DNA of 61,883 nt from Chiloscyllium plagiosum (lineage: Eukaryota), in assembly GCF_004010195.1 (NCBI RefSeq), contig NC_057750.1, positions 4,326,759-4,388,641 of the forward strand. The letters are read 5' to 3'. This document shows positions 1-13,649 of this stretch, one piece after another. The notes under the pieces were generated by a model. It ran no database searches, was not told where the DNA came from, and was given only the letters and a program-made list of their open reading frames with translations. A program made the position numbers and the translations under genes. Numbering within the stretch: the stretch's first letter is position 1; each line of letters begins with the position of its first letter.

Positions 1-332
1 CTCGTCCACTACCTCCACCCTCACCCATTCCCCTCACCTACTCCACCCCACCCTTGCCCACTCCCCTTGCCCATTTTCCCATCTCCCTTGTCCACTTTCC
101 TATCTCCCTCGCCCACTCCCCTCCCACCTCAGACCCCACCCTACACTGGCTCCCTATCAAATTATGCCTCAATTATTAACATTCTTCGTGTTTCCACTTC
201 CTCATCCCTGTATATGTCTATCACCTCCCCCCAGCCCCACAATCCTCTGGGATCTCCTCACTCCTATAATTCCACCCTTGCCAGCTTCACTCTAACCTCT
301 GGGACCCCACCCCCTTAAATTTCTCTTCCTTT

Positions 333-540
333 TTCTGGATGTAGGTTTACTCGCTGAGCTGCAAGGTTAGTTTTCAGATGTTTCGTCACCGCACCGGGTA
401 ACATTTTCAGTGAGCCTCTGGATGAAGCCACTGATAATGTTACCTAGTATGGTGACGAAATGTCTGAAAGTGAACCTTCCAGCTCAGCGAGCAAACCTAC
501 ATCCAGAACCTCAGCCTGAGCTACAAATCTTCTCAAAACT
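333..540. mobile_element. Palindromic Penelope-like terminal fragment with two degenerate hammerhead-like cores
   Basis: Inverted arms (ttctggatgtaggtt...tcagtg / cactga...aacctacatccagaa); ctgataatgttacc-tagtat-ggtgacgaaatgtc at 431-464. Confidence 0.6.
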
Positions 541-1599
541 CTTCCATTTTCGCCTCATTTTAAGTTAGTCTCCTTGATCAGACAGCCCCCGCCTCCTTCT
601 CTCTGTGCCAATTTCCCTGATGATAATGATCCTGTGAAGTGCCTTGGGGAGGGGGGGGGGGGGGGGGGGAGTATTATTTATTGCATTAAAGGTGTGCTAT
701 ACAAAAGTAAGCGGCTGTTACTGAGTTTCAGCCACTGCCAGGGCCAGCATCTCAGTCAAATCGTTTGTGTAAGTGAACTAAATGTTTCTCCCAAACCTTA
801 GGGCTTTTCATTATGGACAGGAGTCAGGGTATGGAGGTGGGAGGGGGGAGGTTAGTGCTGTGACGATTGACTCTGTGAATACCAGAGGTGAGGGATCCCA
901 GTTATAACGAGAGTTTTGAGAATCATAGCACCTAACCTCACAAGAAGGCCATTCAGTCTATTTTGCTTTACTATCCTGTTGTTCTTGCCCCATGACCCTG
1001 CAGTTTCCACTCTGCCCAGTGTTTATCCCTTTGCATAGATCCTGTTAAATTTGCTGCCATCACCCTGTCAAGCAGTGAATTCTAAATCCCAACGACTCAC
1101 AGCGCCAAACACTTTCACTGAACTCTCCCCTCCCTCTTTCCTGGTCGATCTGCCAATGAGTTTAGATTTGTGTTGGGATTTTTTTCCAACTGAGGGCTGA
1201 GACAGGCCTCTTGATAAAATCCTGCTGGACTGTAATCGGGTGAATAAAGATGGTGTCCTTTCACTTCTCCATGCTGAACTAGTTTAAGAGGATGACAAGG
1301 ATAAATCTCTGAGAAACCCTCTTGGGTTAGAATGTGGAGTTTTCCACTTTTGAAGCAAAGTTAATCAATTCTTTTAAAAGGGATTCAGTCAGCTGTTTGT
1401 AAAGGGGAAATATTGGAAGGAGTGGGGGGGGGGGGGGGCAGGAAAGTAGGGTTAGACCAGGAGGTTTACTACAACCAATTAGAATACAACATCAAAGGGG
1501 TGAATGGACTGTTCTTTTTGTTGGAACATTCTGGAAAATCCCTTTTGCTGTTAATACGTGACTTCCCAAAAGAAATGTAACTGTTTTATCTGAAAAAGG

Positions 1600-3060
1600 A
1601 GGGAATGACGATTGAGTGTTTTTTTTATGATATAAAGACGAACATATGGACTGATTTCTGAATTCATTCAGAAACTGATGGGCCTGTTGTGAAGCTGGCC
1701 GTGACTGAGGGTCAGCATGAACAGAGGTAACCTGCATCTGCTCCCCCTCTGCCACTCTATCCACAGTGAAAACGCCGTCCTCTTCCACTGCGAGCGAGAT
1801 GCCCCAGATCCATGCCAGCAGAAACTGCCCACTCACAGGTTGCTGCAGTTGGCACTTCCTTTCCCTTGGCCATCCAGGGATGGGAATATTCTAGAAGACA
1901 CTCCCTGGCTTCTAAACTTGTTTGGGTCTTCCTTGGAATTGGGAGCGACCGGGCTAAGTTGAGAAGTTACTGACAGGTCAGAGGGTCGGTCGGAATGATT
2001 GCCAATCACCTGTGCTAGCCAATGAGGTGGTCCTCAGTCCTCATGCACACACATATATACACGCACACGCTCTTTTCTGCAAATAATCCCAAAGTACAGC
2101 ATAGTGTACACTAATGACAGGAACAGAAGATGAAGGCCTGGATCACTCCTCCGTTCAGGCCTTCACAAGAGTAAGTTCAAACACAACAGCATCCCACAGT
2201 CCCAGGCCTTATTCTGAAGTAAGCTGGGTTTTCTTGAGTGGGGGGTGTGTGTGAAATTTGCCTTTTGTTTCTTGCCAGGGGATGCTGTCCCGATGAAGAG
2301 GGTTGTGTTTTCCAGGGAGCTCGGGAAACCAGGTTGAACACTCTGTGTATAGACAGGAGGCTGAGGGCACACTGGCCAGCAAACAACGTGTTTCCTCAGG
2401 ATTGCTGGCTTCGACTTCCACACTCAAGTCTGCTGTACAGAGATTGGACCAATTCAATTCAATCTGACATTGGTCCTTTGATGAGGAGGGGAGAACCAGA
2501 TGAAAGTACAATATACATATATCACAACATGCACTTCCTTTTTACAAGAAACAACTTTTTTTTATCGAAGGGTTAGACGATCCTGTTCTTTCACTGGGTC
2601 CAACTCTTGTATAACACCAATAGAACATGCGAAAACCTGACCAAGACGGTGGTGTTACCAGGGTCTGTTCAATAAACGGGTCATTGACGATAACGTGCGG
2701 GCTTCTTGAGGCTGAGATAAAATCAACTGGAGCAAGATAGTTCTCTCAGCGGCTGGAGTTGCCCTTTGTTCAATTCACACTTATCTCTAAACAATGTTTG
2801 ATGTTGAGGATATTTGCTTTGCAAAGTAAAATAAAAGCCCCTCATTAAAACATCGTGTGTAAAACACTTCATTTCATGTTTGCAATCACAGTACAAGGAT
2901 AGAAATTGCCCCAAGTAGCAGCATTCTGACCTCTCCAAATCAAGGATCACAATCTTACAAGGTTTCAGTGCCGGGTTTCGGGAACCGGGTCACCTTTCTG
3001 AGCTGGACAAGCAAAACTTCAGGGTCACTGGCACCAACGCACCAATGACGACGTCGGCTT
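1600..3060 (-). other. DPF1: Probable DPF1 3' UTR (3' end uncertain)
   Basis: Repeat-free stretch directly downstream of the stop codon. Contains a Pumilio-type TGTATATA (minus, 2054-2061). No canonical AATAAA seen on the minus strand in this interval, only a CATAAA variant near 1625. Confidence 0.5.
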
Positions 3061-3131
3061 TTAGGTCAACGTGATGTAGGCTGAGGCTTTCTCTTTCAAC
3101 TGTTGTAAACACAAATGACAGCTCCAACTGC
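3061..3131 (-). CDS. DPF1: DPF1 last coding exon with stop codon
   Basis: (G)[25 protein letters not shown]; the C-terminus AYITLT distinguishes DPF1 from DPF2 and DPF3; acceptor ccccacag|. Confidence 0.97.
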
Positions 3132-3662
3132 CTGTGGGGAGGGGTGGGGAGAAAAAACAAGGGACAAAATGAATCCAACTTGTCCTGATTGATCATTTTT
3201 TCCACAGGCTAGTGAGGTTCAGTCATTCAGACTGACGAGCTGACTGAGAGTTGGCCATCCCATTCTTGGCAGTGCCACCACTGGCTGGAGGGTGCAATTA
3301 CAGCGTGACACATTGACATAGGAAACAGCCGTCAGCCGTGTTTGTTGAAAATTGACAACTGTCGGCAATTAGCCCTGCGTGTTCATTGCGGAATGTCCAG
3401 TTCCGATGTCATGTGTAGACGCAGCACACGTGACAGTGTCGACAAATGTGTCCCTAATGAATAATGTAACGAGAACTTCGAATGGAGACATGGCCAATCA
3501 GCCCATCGAGTCCACAGCAGCCCTCCAAACAGCATTCAACCCATACCCATCCCCCCCCATCTCTAATCCTGCATTTCCCATGGTTAATCCACCTAGCCTG
3601 CACATCTTTGGACTGTGGGAGGAAATGCGTTAGTGGGAGAGGGGTAGAAAAGGGGTCCTTAC

Positions 3663-3744
3663 CTTCAGGAGGTTCAGACATTGGTGGGTTCAGGCAGTAC
3701 ATGTGATACCCTCGATCACAATCATCACAGAACAGTAACTGATC
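3663..3744 (-). CDS. DPF1: DPF1 coding exon, PHD2 (82 nt)
   Basis: [27 protein letters not shown](G); acceptor aactccag|, donor AAG|gtaagg; phase 0 to 1. Confidence 0.97.
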
Positions 3745-4809
3745 CTGGAGTTGGGAGGAAGGGAATAATCAGGTTTTATGTTAGGTGCTACTGCGATACC
3801 CGGACAGGTTCATTTTACTGATATATCAAGTATCTCAATCGAGATTGTGCTTCTTTAAACAAGCAAACTGGAATACTGGTGAACTCTGTAATTCCCAAAC
3901 TGCTCTCATGTTTGGTGCAATTTTAAACCTCCCTCTAATTCAAAGCCTTTGCTTCCTACTGGAATAGGAGTAGGCCATTCAGCCCCTCATGACGTGATAC
4001 CATAATCGCAATCCCTATACTCGACAAAAATCCATCTAACCACCAGTTTCTACTGGGCAGAGGGAATATTCCAGAATCTATTCGTGCCATCACTAATAGA
4101 CTAACTTTAATGTTAAAACCCTTTGTTCTGGACTCTCCCTCCCTATACCCTGCACTGCTCCCAACCAACAGAGAAAATCAGTTGAGGCCAAATGTTCTCA
4201 TATAGGAGCTAGATATAATTCTTAGGGGTAAAGAGATCAGAGGATATGGGGGTTGAAAGGGGAACACGGGGACTGAGTTGAATGATCAGCCATGATCATG
4301 CTGAATGGTGCAGCAAGCTCAAAGGGTCGAATGGCCTACTCCTGCTCCTAGTTTCTATGTGTTAAAATAGTTTATCAACTTCCTTTATCATCATAACCAC
4401 AACAACTATAACATCATTTAATCTTTACTCAAGGAAATACAAAACTAATTCATGTAATTTGTTGCTTTATCTTGCAAATACATCCCACCTCCCCACCCCG
4501 GCCCAATTTTAATAACTGTACAAGGTTGTGGGGGGGGGGGGGGTGGGAGGGGGGTGGAGGGGGAGAAAGAGCTGGGCTATACCTTCAGCAACCTGGGCTT
4601 CAAATTCTGGAACTCCCTCCCTAAGCTTCTCCCCCTTTGTCTGTTACTCACCTTCCTGCTTTAAGCTGTTGCTGAGAATCAATCTTCTATTGGGCACATG
4701 TCCTAAAACCTTAACTACCGTCCCACCGTCAAATCCGATCTGATTGCACTCGTGCGCTCTGCCTTGGGATGACATACAGCATGAAAGATGCAATTGAGGA
4801 CTCGTGACC

Positions 4810-5126
4810 TAGCAGTATTATCGCTCGACCGTGAATACAGAGACACCTGTAATGTTCTGGGGTTCCGGTCCGAATCCTGCCATGGCAGATGGTCAAATTT
4901 AAATTCAATAAAAATCTGGAATTAAGAGTCTAATGATGAGCATGAAACTGTTGGCGGGGAGGGACCTAGCTGGGTCACTAATGCCTCTTTAGGGAAGGAA
5001 ACTACCATTGTTACCTGGTCTGGCCCTACATGTAACTCCAGACCCACAGTGATGCTCTCTGGGCAATTAGGGATGGGTGATAAATGCTGGCCTAGCCAGA
5101 GACACTCACATCTAATGAATAAATAA
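4810..5126 (+). mobile_element. SINE family B (tRNA-like head, LINE-derived tail)
   Basis: Same sequence recurs at about 12475-12770(+), 20615-20950(-), 34960-35240(+), 42362-42700(+), 42965-43320(-), 49770-50100(-) and 60530-60790(-). Its tail gggatgggcaataaatgctggcc also ends the LINE fragments at 14530, 30950 and 37680. Confidence 0.65.
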
Positions 5127-6752
5127 ACATGCGTACTGTTGGGACTAAAACTGGAAGATTTAAATCTCTGGAACCTTGCCCTGGATGCCTGCTATGTTTT
5201 CTCTGTCCTTATGAGCACCCATTGGGTCACAGAACCATACAACACAGAAACCGAACCTTGGGTCCAACTCGTCCACGTCAACCAGATCTAGAATAGAATA
5301 GAATATCCTTTATTGTCCCAATCTGACCTAGTCCCATTTGCCAGCATCTCTCTAAACCCTTCCTATTCATATCCCCATCCAGATGCCTTTTGAATGTTGC
5401 AACTATAGCCACCATCACCACTTCCCCTGACAGTTCGAGTGAGCGATCAACAACTTCACTTGACGTGAAATTTATCAATGACCAGAGTCCAGGTTTTTCT
5501 TATTTCACACTCTCACCATCAGCCCCCCTTTCCTTCCGCTGTCAATCCACAAATCCTGAACGATCCCCTCCCCAGTGCCTGACTCAGCCACAGGGCCACG
5601 TCGCCTGTTCCCACAGGGTCCTCACTCAGTCGAGTCAGGCATTGCAACTGTCGCCCCTCTTTCAGGCAAGAGGGTAGCTCAAAGCCCCTGGTCTGCCCGC
5701 TCGAGGTCAAAGTGCAACATCTCTGGACCACTATTCGAAGTTCAGTAGCTGAGCCCTGCCCAACATGTACCCTTCAACTAACACTTAAAACATCGTCAAA
5801 TCACTTCAAAACTCAACACTGCAAGGCCGAAAATCTGGAACAAAAACAGGAAGTTCTGGAGAAACTCAGCAGGTCTGGTGGTGCCTAAGGAGAGAGAAAC
5901 AGAGTTAACACTTCGAGACTAGTACAGCTGTATTTCAGAATCTCTCCAGAGCACTTTCTGTTTTTACTTTTACTGAATCATTTGTTTTGCTGATATTTGT
6001 GGGAACTTGCTGTTTGTAAATTGATTGTTGAGTTCACTACATTACAACGGGGATGACACTACTAAAAGAAAGTAATTTGAAGGGTACAGCACTTTGATAG
6101 GTATTGAAGTTGTGAAAGGTGCCATGTAAATGCAGATATCCTTTCCCTTCAGCTACTCCCCATCTCTCTCTCTCTCTCCTTCTCCTATCCCACCATTATT
6201 TTTTTCTTTTTCCATCTGTTTTCACTCACCCCCACTTCAGTCAGTCCATTCCATATCACCGCAAGTAACAGAGTTAGAATATTCTCCTCGTCCCCTCCCT
6301 TCTCTGGATCCTCTTTCATCTGTGTCCTTCTGATTACCTGACTCACCAGCCAATGGAAACACTTTATCCAGACTGACTCCATCGAAATGCCCGGTTCCAT
6401 CTCCCTGTTAACCCTCCCTGCTCTGAGGAGAACGATTCCCAGTCTGTCCAAATCACCTGAGGTCTCTCGTCCCATTTCCCTCTCTACCATTCCCGAAGCC
6501 TTAGCATCTTTCCGGAACCGTCCCAGATCGGAACATATTCCTTCCTCTGAGGCCTGTGACAGAGTGTTGAACAAATTGCCCTCGCTTTCGGTTAAGGAGA
6601 TTCGTAGACAGCCCAGCATAGGCCTGGATGGGCCGAATGGCTCCCTTTCTGTGCCATTATGCCATCTCCAGTTGGTCTTGCATGTGGCTGATGCCACCCC
6701 CCCCCCCCCACACCTCGACCTATTGTGCCGGGGTTCACTGTCCCCACGTCGC

Positions 6753-6766
6753 GTTGCCACGGTAAC
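6753..6766. promoter_or_regulatory. RFX X-box motif
   Basis: GTTGCCACGGTAAC matches GTNRCC(N0-3)RGYAAC. Confidence 0.45.
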
Positions 6767-6770
6767 TTAC

Positions 6771-6883
6771 ATCGTTCTCTGAGGTACCACAGAGGCTGCA
6801 GGATTTACACTCAATGCATTGCCAGCGATAGGTCCTTACCGCAGCGGTCATGTTCACGGTGAACTGCAGACACGATGGGTGGC
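6771..6883 (-). CDS. DPF1: DPF1 coding exon, PHD1/PHD2 (113 nt)
   Basis: (G)[37 protein letters not shown]; (CT)n tract then ctcag|, donor GAT|gtaagt; phase 1 to 0. Confidence 0.97.
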
Positions 6884-7893
6884 CTGAGGGGGGCGAGAGA
6901 GAGAGAGAGAGACACACACACACAATCAGACCCAGTCAAACCCTCTGGATAAGTCCCAGCCTCTGCTCACACAGGAATTGCTCTCCACAGATGCTGCCAG
7001 ACATGCTGAGCTTTTCCAGCAATTTCCGATTTTCAGCATCCGCAGTTCTTTCAGATTTTTATCCTGCTTCCCCAAGCTCTCTAACAACTGTCTGCCCTCA
7101 AACCCAAGGGGCTGGGGTGGGGTTCGGTTGGGCAGGGGTAACATTTCCCCTTTCAGTTACCTGAAATTGGTGGGGAAGGGGATTGATCCTACCCACAGCA
7201 GCTGGGAGAGGCCACTCAGCCTCCCAATCCTGACCCACCACTTTAGCCCAGGGATTGCTTGACTATTCTGGGCCTATATCCCTGACTCTCCCCAGGACAA
7301 TCCCAGACCTGGGGGTTTTCTTGAGGGAGGAGGGTCCAGATTCCCACTGCCCTCCCTATGACATCACTGATTGGTTGGGGGGAAGGGGGAATGGTAATTG
7401 GGGAGGTTGAAGATTTCTGACTGATACCACCCCCCCCTTTGCTCTTTTTCCCACCCCAGTTCTGAGTGTAACCCTTTCCCTGAAGGATTGATGAGACTTC
7501 CTCAGACCCCCTCAAGATGATGCCAAAGACCCTGGCATTGGTACAACCCAACTGAGAGAAAGAAGACCTGCATTTCTTTAGCACCACTTGGCCGAAGGAG
7601 CACTGCCTGAAGTGTAGTCAAACATAGCAGCCAATCTGGAGATACTGGATGGGGAGTCAATGTGATTTCAGTCATCGAAAAGAACATTCATTGAGGACCA
7701 GTTATTCCAATGTTCTGAATGAGGAAGAAATCAGGGCATCAATGTTTCTTGCTGGATCAGTGGAGGACCTTGCAGCAAGCAGTCATGTACAGCAAGATCC
7801 CAGGTCTAGGGTTGATGCACTGACCTCAGTCAGAGAAACAGTAGGAGATGCCTTAATCGATCTTAAACACTGGGCTGTTGTCCTCAGCACACT

Positions 7894-8762
7894 AGGGTGG
7901 GGTCTGAGTGCCCAAGGGTCTACACCAGGGTGGGGTCTGAGTGCCCAAGGGTCTACACCAGGGTGGGATCTGAGTGCCCAAGGGTCTACACCGGGGTGGG
8001 GTCTGAATGTCCAAGGGTCTACACCAGGGTGGGGTCTGAGTGCCTAAGGGTCTACACCGGGGTGGGGTCTGAGTGCCTAAGGGTCTACACCAGGGTGGGG
8101 TCTGAGTGCCTAAGGGTCTACACCAGGGTGGGGTCTGAATGTCCAAGGGTCTACACCAGGGTGGGGTCTGAGTGCCTAAGGGTCTACACCAGGGTGGGGT
8201 CTGAGTGCCCAAGGGTCTACACCGGGTGTGGGGTCTGAGTGCCCAAGGGTCTACACCGGGGTGGGGTCTGAATGCACAAGGGTCTACACCAGGGTGGGGT
8301 CTGAGTACCTAAGGGTCTACACCAGGGTGGGGTCTGAGTGCCCAAGGGTCTACACCGGGTGTGGGGTCTGAATGCACTAGGGTCTACACCAGGGTGGGGT
8401 CTGAGTACCTAAGGGTCTACACCAGGGTGGGGTCTGAATGTCCAAGGGTCTACACCAGGGTGGGGTCTGAATGCCCAAGGGTCTACACCAGGGTGGGGTC
8501 TGAGTGCCTAAGGGTCTACACCAGGGTGGGGTCTGAGTGCCCAAGGGTCTACACCTGGGTGGGGTCTGAGTGCCCAAGGGTCTACACCAGGGTGGGGTCT
8601 GAGTGCCCAAGGGTCTACACCAGGGTGGGGTCTGAATGCCTAAGGGTCTACACCAGGGTGGGGTCTGAGTGCCCAAGGGTCTACACCAGGGTGGGGTCTG
8701 AGTGCCCAAGGGTCTACACCGGGGTGGGATCTGAGTGCCAATGGTGTAGCCCAGGGTGGGCT
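7894..8762. repeat. 33-bp minisatellite, about 26 copies
   Basis: Unit gggtggggtctgagtgcccaagggtctacacca; matches the 11-aa periodicity of the overlapping spurious ORFs. Confidence 0.97.
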
Positions 8763-10626
8763 CTCAGCACTTAAAAGTGGCACCCCAGGGATTTGCCTCA
8801 GTCTAGGGTGGGGTCTCAGCACCTGGATGGTGTCCTTTTGCCAATAAAAGATACTAATTAAAAGTTTTTTTTTGTGGGTTTGACAGAGTGGGCAGTATCA
8901 AGCTGGATGGTGATGCCTTTCCAAGTCAGATGTCGAAGCTACACTCGCTGACTTGCCTGATCCTGAGGGAAGCTGTTCCCAAGCTGGATATTGCAATGAG
9001 GGGAGTGGGAGAGGCCAGCAAGAGGGAGTGAGTGAGCTGCAATTCAATCTGGGAAAACCAACATGAAACATTCAGGGATATTTGACTGTATCTGTTAGAC
9101 TAAATGGCTTTCTCCTGCTCCTAAAACCTGTTTGGGTCCAGGAATTGTCGGAGCTCATAGCAGAAGTTGGTTGAATGAAAATTTGAGCAAAGGTTTTTTT
9201 TCTATTTAGCTCAATGGAGATAACCCACATCCTGGGCAGCTGGGAGCAGTTACTGTCAATGTTTTAAACCAAGAACCCCCTCCTCCACTCTCCACCCCAA
9301 CCTTTGCCCAGTTCCGCAGTCTGAACCTGTCTGTGTCTCAAACAGCATCAATCTTTCAGAAAATCAAAGGAACTGCTTAGTAATTTCATGCAGCTTCAGT
9401 CCTGAGCATTTACAGTCTCTGATAACACTCAACTGGAATAAATTCTGCTTTTAAATGTAAAATTCACCATGCAATACGAGGAACAACTATATGACTGCAC
9501 CTGGGATTAGATCACATGTTCCCTCAACTTGCTCCCCATCCCAATAATTTTCTTCCCTCTCCCTGCTCAGTTATAGGGCTCCCTAGACTCCTTCAGCCCT
9601 CAGGTGCCTCCATAACCTGCCACTTTGCCCTGCATAAGTGTAACAGTCAGCTATTCACCTGCAGCAGCATCATCGCCCAAACCTATCCTAATCTCTATAC
9701 AGATACTCAGATGCACACACATGTACAGAGACACACAGACACACGCACTAGCATATGCTCAGACACACACACACATGCACAGGCACACTGACACACACAC
9801 ACGCACAGGCACACTGACACACACACACACAGAGACATATGCTCAGACACCCTTTTAGCTAGTCGCTGGGCAATGACTTTGTGTGCGCGAAGCTTGTTGT
9901 GGGGAGGGTACAGAGAACTGGTTTTGGCTGAGTTTCCAAGGCATTGAGGTTAATTGCGCCTCCCCCCCTCCCCACCCCTCCTAAAACCATCCCAGGCAAC
10001 TTCAGAGGGAACCTGGAGTCTCAGCTCCTTTCCCCGGCTGCCCCAGGTTCACCATCAGCGGAAGAAGCCAGTCCATTTGGGAGAAGGATTAAGAACTACA
10101 GGACTCCAGTTCAGGCTGAGAGGAGACAGAGGGAGAAATGTCCTTATCTGGCAAACAGCTGAGGCCTGGAAGATGCTGAGATTGTGATGGAGGCAGGTTC
10201 ACTTGAGGCTGTCAAAAGGGAATTGGATAAATATCCAAAGCAGAAAAAATACTTGCAGGAGAATGGGAGGGGCTGAGTTGTCTTGCAGAGAGCCAGTGTG
10301 AATATAACGGGCTGAACAATCTCCTCTGGGCTGTTAACTGTTCAATGATTCAATGACCCAAGGGCTCAGGGCTTTGTTTACAAAGAAAATCTGCATTTAA
10401 ACCATTGCTTATAATTTAAAAGGACTTGATATAGTGATGTTTCCATGGGTTTTTCACTAGTTTCATCATTTGCTGTTGGTTTAAAATTTATTTGCTCACC
10501 TGGAGAGTGTGTGTTTTGGGATTTGATCAGAGAATCTGAAACTCAGGGGCTCAAAACTCACCCCAACCAAGAACTCAACTCAATAAAACTCTGTTGTGAT
10601 CATTCTGAGCTGGAAGTATTGGGGAC

Positions 10627-10760
10627 AGATAGAGAGATAGAGAGAAAGAGATAGAAGGAAAGAGAAAGAGAGAGAAAGAAACAGAGAAAGAAAATGAAAA
10701 AAAGAAAGAGAGCGAAAGAGAAAGAGAGAGAGGAGAAGAGACAAAAATAAAGAGAGAGAA
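10627..10760. repeat. GA-rich low-complexity tract
   Basis: Nearly pure purine run (agagagaaag...). Confidence 0.85.
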
Positions 10761-11667
10761 AATGACATAAAAGCTGCCAAATTGTTTGCAAATCCTAAAG
10801 TGCTTACAGACTTATCTTTTAGAAAGAGAGTCTCACTTTTCAAACCTGATCATAAAGAGAGCTGCATTACTAGACTTTTGTGATCAAACATTACAACATA
10901 GGTCTGGGGCAGGAGGGTCCTGAACTTGGGCCTCCTGAACCAGAGGCAGCAACACTACCACAACAATGAGCCCTGATGGCATTGTTTGTAGTGCAGCTTT
11001 CTGAACCACTGGACAATTCAGAGTGAAATCAGCCAACGAAATACTTTCTGAAGTGTAGTCGTAGCAAATATGATCGCCCATATAGACATAGCAAGATCCC
11101 ACAACCTACGACATGGATAACCTGAATTCAAAACGTTATTTGAGGCAGAAATGTTGAATCATTCACTTGGGAGAGAGTCCCCCAGTCAAATTAATTTCTG
11201 GGGAACCTTTCTGTCCGACACAGTGAGCCTCGGTGTAACTGAGTCAATAAGGGGCAGCCCGTCTGACAGTGCAGCACTCCCTCAGCCCTGCATTGGTATC
11301 TCTGTACTCAAACTTGAGAGGTGAACCCGGAGTGCCAACAACACACAGGCAATGGTACCACCACCTGAGCTGGCACTATCTAGAACACAAAACCAAAGAG
11401 TTCCTAAACTGTGACCCTGTTTTAAGGCTTCCAAGTTCTCATGAGGCCTCAGTGAATGGTAGGGGCTGTGGAGTAATGGGATGGGGTGTAGAAGAGAGAA
11501 GGGTGGTGGGGGTACAGTTTCAGCTTCCCACCTCAACTGGGACCCTGACCCCCCCCACCACCACCAGATCAACCCTCTCCCCGGTCGAGATCTAGGGAAC
11601 TCGAGATCTAGTTTCATATTGATGGGTTCCCCAATGGAGATGAGGAGTTTTTTTCTCTTACAGGGTC

Positions 11668-12097
11668 TATAAGGAGAGGCTGAATAGGCAATGGATATTC
11701 TCCCTGGAGTGTCGGAGGCTGAGGGATAACATTATAGAAGTTTATAAAATCATGAGGGACACGGATAGGGTGAATAGCCAAGGTCTTTTCCTCAGGGTAG
11801 AAATGACCAAAAATAGAGGGCATAGGTTTAAGGTGAGAGGGGAAAGATTTAAAAAGGACCTAAGGGGCAATCTTTTTCACTCAGAGGGTGGTGGAATGAG
11901 CTGCCAGAGAGGCTGGTGGAGGCTGGTACAATTACAACATTTAAAAGGCATCTGGATGGGTATATGGATAAGAAGAGCTTAGAGGGATATGGGCCAAATG
12001 TTGGCAAATGGAACTAGTGTAATTTAGGATATCTGGCTGGCATGGAAGAGTTGGACTTGAGGATCTGTTTCTGTGCTGTACATGTCTATAATTCTAC
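11668..12097 (+). mobile_element. CR1/HER1-like LINE 3' fragment
   Basis: ORF2 C-terminal remnant (RGHRFKVRGERFKKDLRGN) followed by a 3' UTR ending ctgtttctgtgctgtacatgtctat. Confidence 0.8.
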
Positions 12098-13649
12098 AAG
12101 TCTTTCAAAACACTCTTGCCAGAGGCTCGGGACCAGTCAATGTTTTTAAGGCCAAGGTGGGTAAATTCTTCATTAACAAGGGAGTCAATGGTTACCAAGG
12201 AGTAGGCAGCAAAGCAGAGTCAAGACTATAAGCAGATCAGCCATGATCTTATCAAGTGGTGGAATGTGTTCGAGGGGCTGAATGGCCTGCATTTGCTCCT
12301 AATTTGAATGAATCTTACTGGTATGTGGGGGAGAAAGCAGTAAACCGGATTGTTTCAAGGTGGTTTACATGGAAAAGAGCAAAGGGAACAAATCTGAAAA
12401 GGCCAGATCTTTCTGGGTAATGGGGAATGAAAAGGGGAGTGGGACCAAATGGGGAGCAAAGAACCTGCCGAGGCCCACAGCAGTGGTGTAGGGGTATTCT
12501 CAATGCGCTAACAACCCTAATCCTCTGGGGATAAGGGTTCAAATCCCACCATAGTAGATCATTACTTCATTTTAAAACTAGCCAAATGATGATCATTGGT
12601 GTGAATCCGTCATCATTATCTGGTGTGGCCTATACGTGACTCCAGACCCACTACGATGTGGTTGATTCTTTACTGCCCTCTGAAATGGCCCCAGCAAGAG
12701 ACTCAGTTAAGGGACAGTTAGGAATGCAATAGCCCAGCCACACCTCCATCCTGGATGGAATAAAAAAAAACCTCTCGACGCAATGCTATCCAGCAGTTTA
12801 TATGGAGGCTCCCAGTGTAACACCCAACCAGCCTGAAACACTGCAAATACCTTCAAAATGTCTGTCTGCTCTGACTTCAGCTGAAGCTGTTGCAGAGGAG
12901 GGAAGCTCTCCCTCTGACTGCATACTCTTTGCCAATGCTGGTCCTTTGTTGGCTTTTTACTAATCATTATCCTTTTAAAAAAAAATCTAATCTTGCAATA
13001 ATCAACTCCAGAAAACAGGGAGAGTCAGGAATCATTTAATTCTGAGGACCCATTTTCCATACACTAACCAGACATTTGAACGGCTTTTGTGAGTTATATG
13101 CCCATAAAACAAAACCCCTTTAAGGATTTCAGCATGTTGTATAAGGTGTGCAAGAAGGATATGTTTTGAATCACATTCCTTTCAAATAAATTCTTAAAGG
13201 GAAAGGAGGCTGCACCTAACTGCCTGAATTGTACAGAGACTGGTCGATCCCCTGTGCCTTATCTCATGTACAGACAGGATGAAGTATTGAGTTTCTGAGA
13301 GAGAATTTAACCCGTATTTTAAAATTCTCACCCGCTATCGCCTTGCCTTCCTCCCTGCCTCTGAAAACCCCTCCAGCCTCACAAGTTACCCCCCAGGACA
13401 CTCCTCATGTTTCAGAGTATCTCTAATTCCAATCCACTGTTGGCTGCCAGCTCCCTGACCTCTCGAATGCTCTCCCCAAACCTCTCTGCAACCCCTGCCC
13501 TATAAGTTGCTCCTCGGAACCTACCCCTTTGTCCAAGCTAAGGGTCACTTGTCCCATACCACCTGAAGTTGTTTGATTTAATATTTTTCTCGTGTGCCTG
13601 GGAACGCTGGGCAATTTTAGAGGCACTACATGACTATAAGGGATAGTAG

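Noticed and set aside
6185..6782. 191-aa and 131-aa overlapping ORFs
   Set aside because: No recognisable domain; intronic and partly repeat-derived; lengths compatible with chance.
7649..8822. Long periodic ORFs, and a possible CRISPR-like array
   Set aside because: Pure tandem 33-bp units with no unique spacers; the ORFs arise from unit length being a multiple of three; eukaryotic intron.
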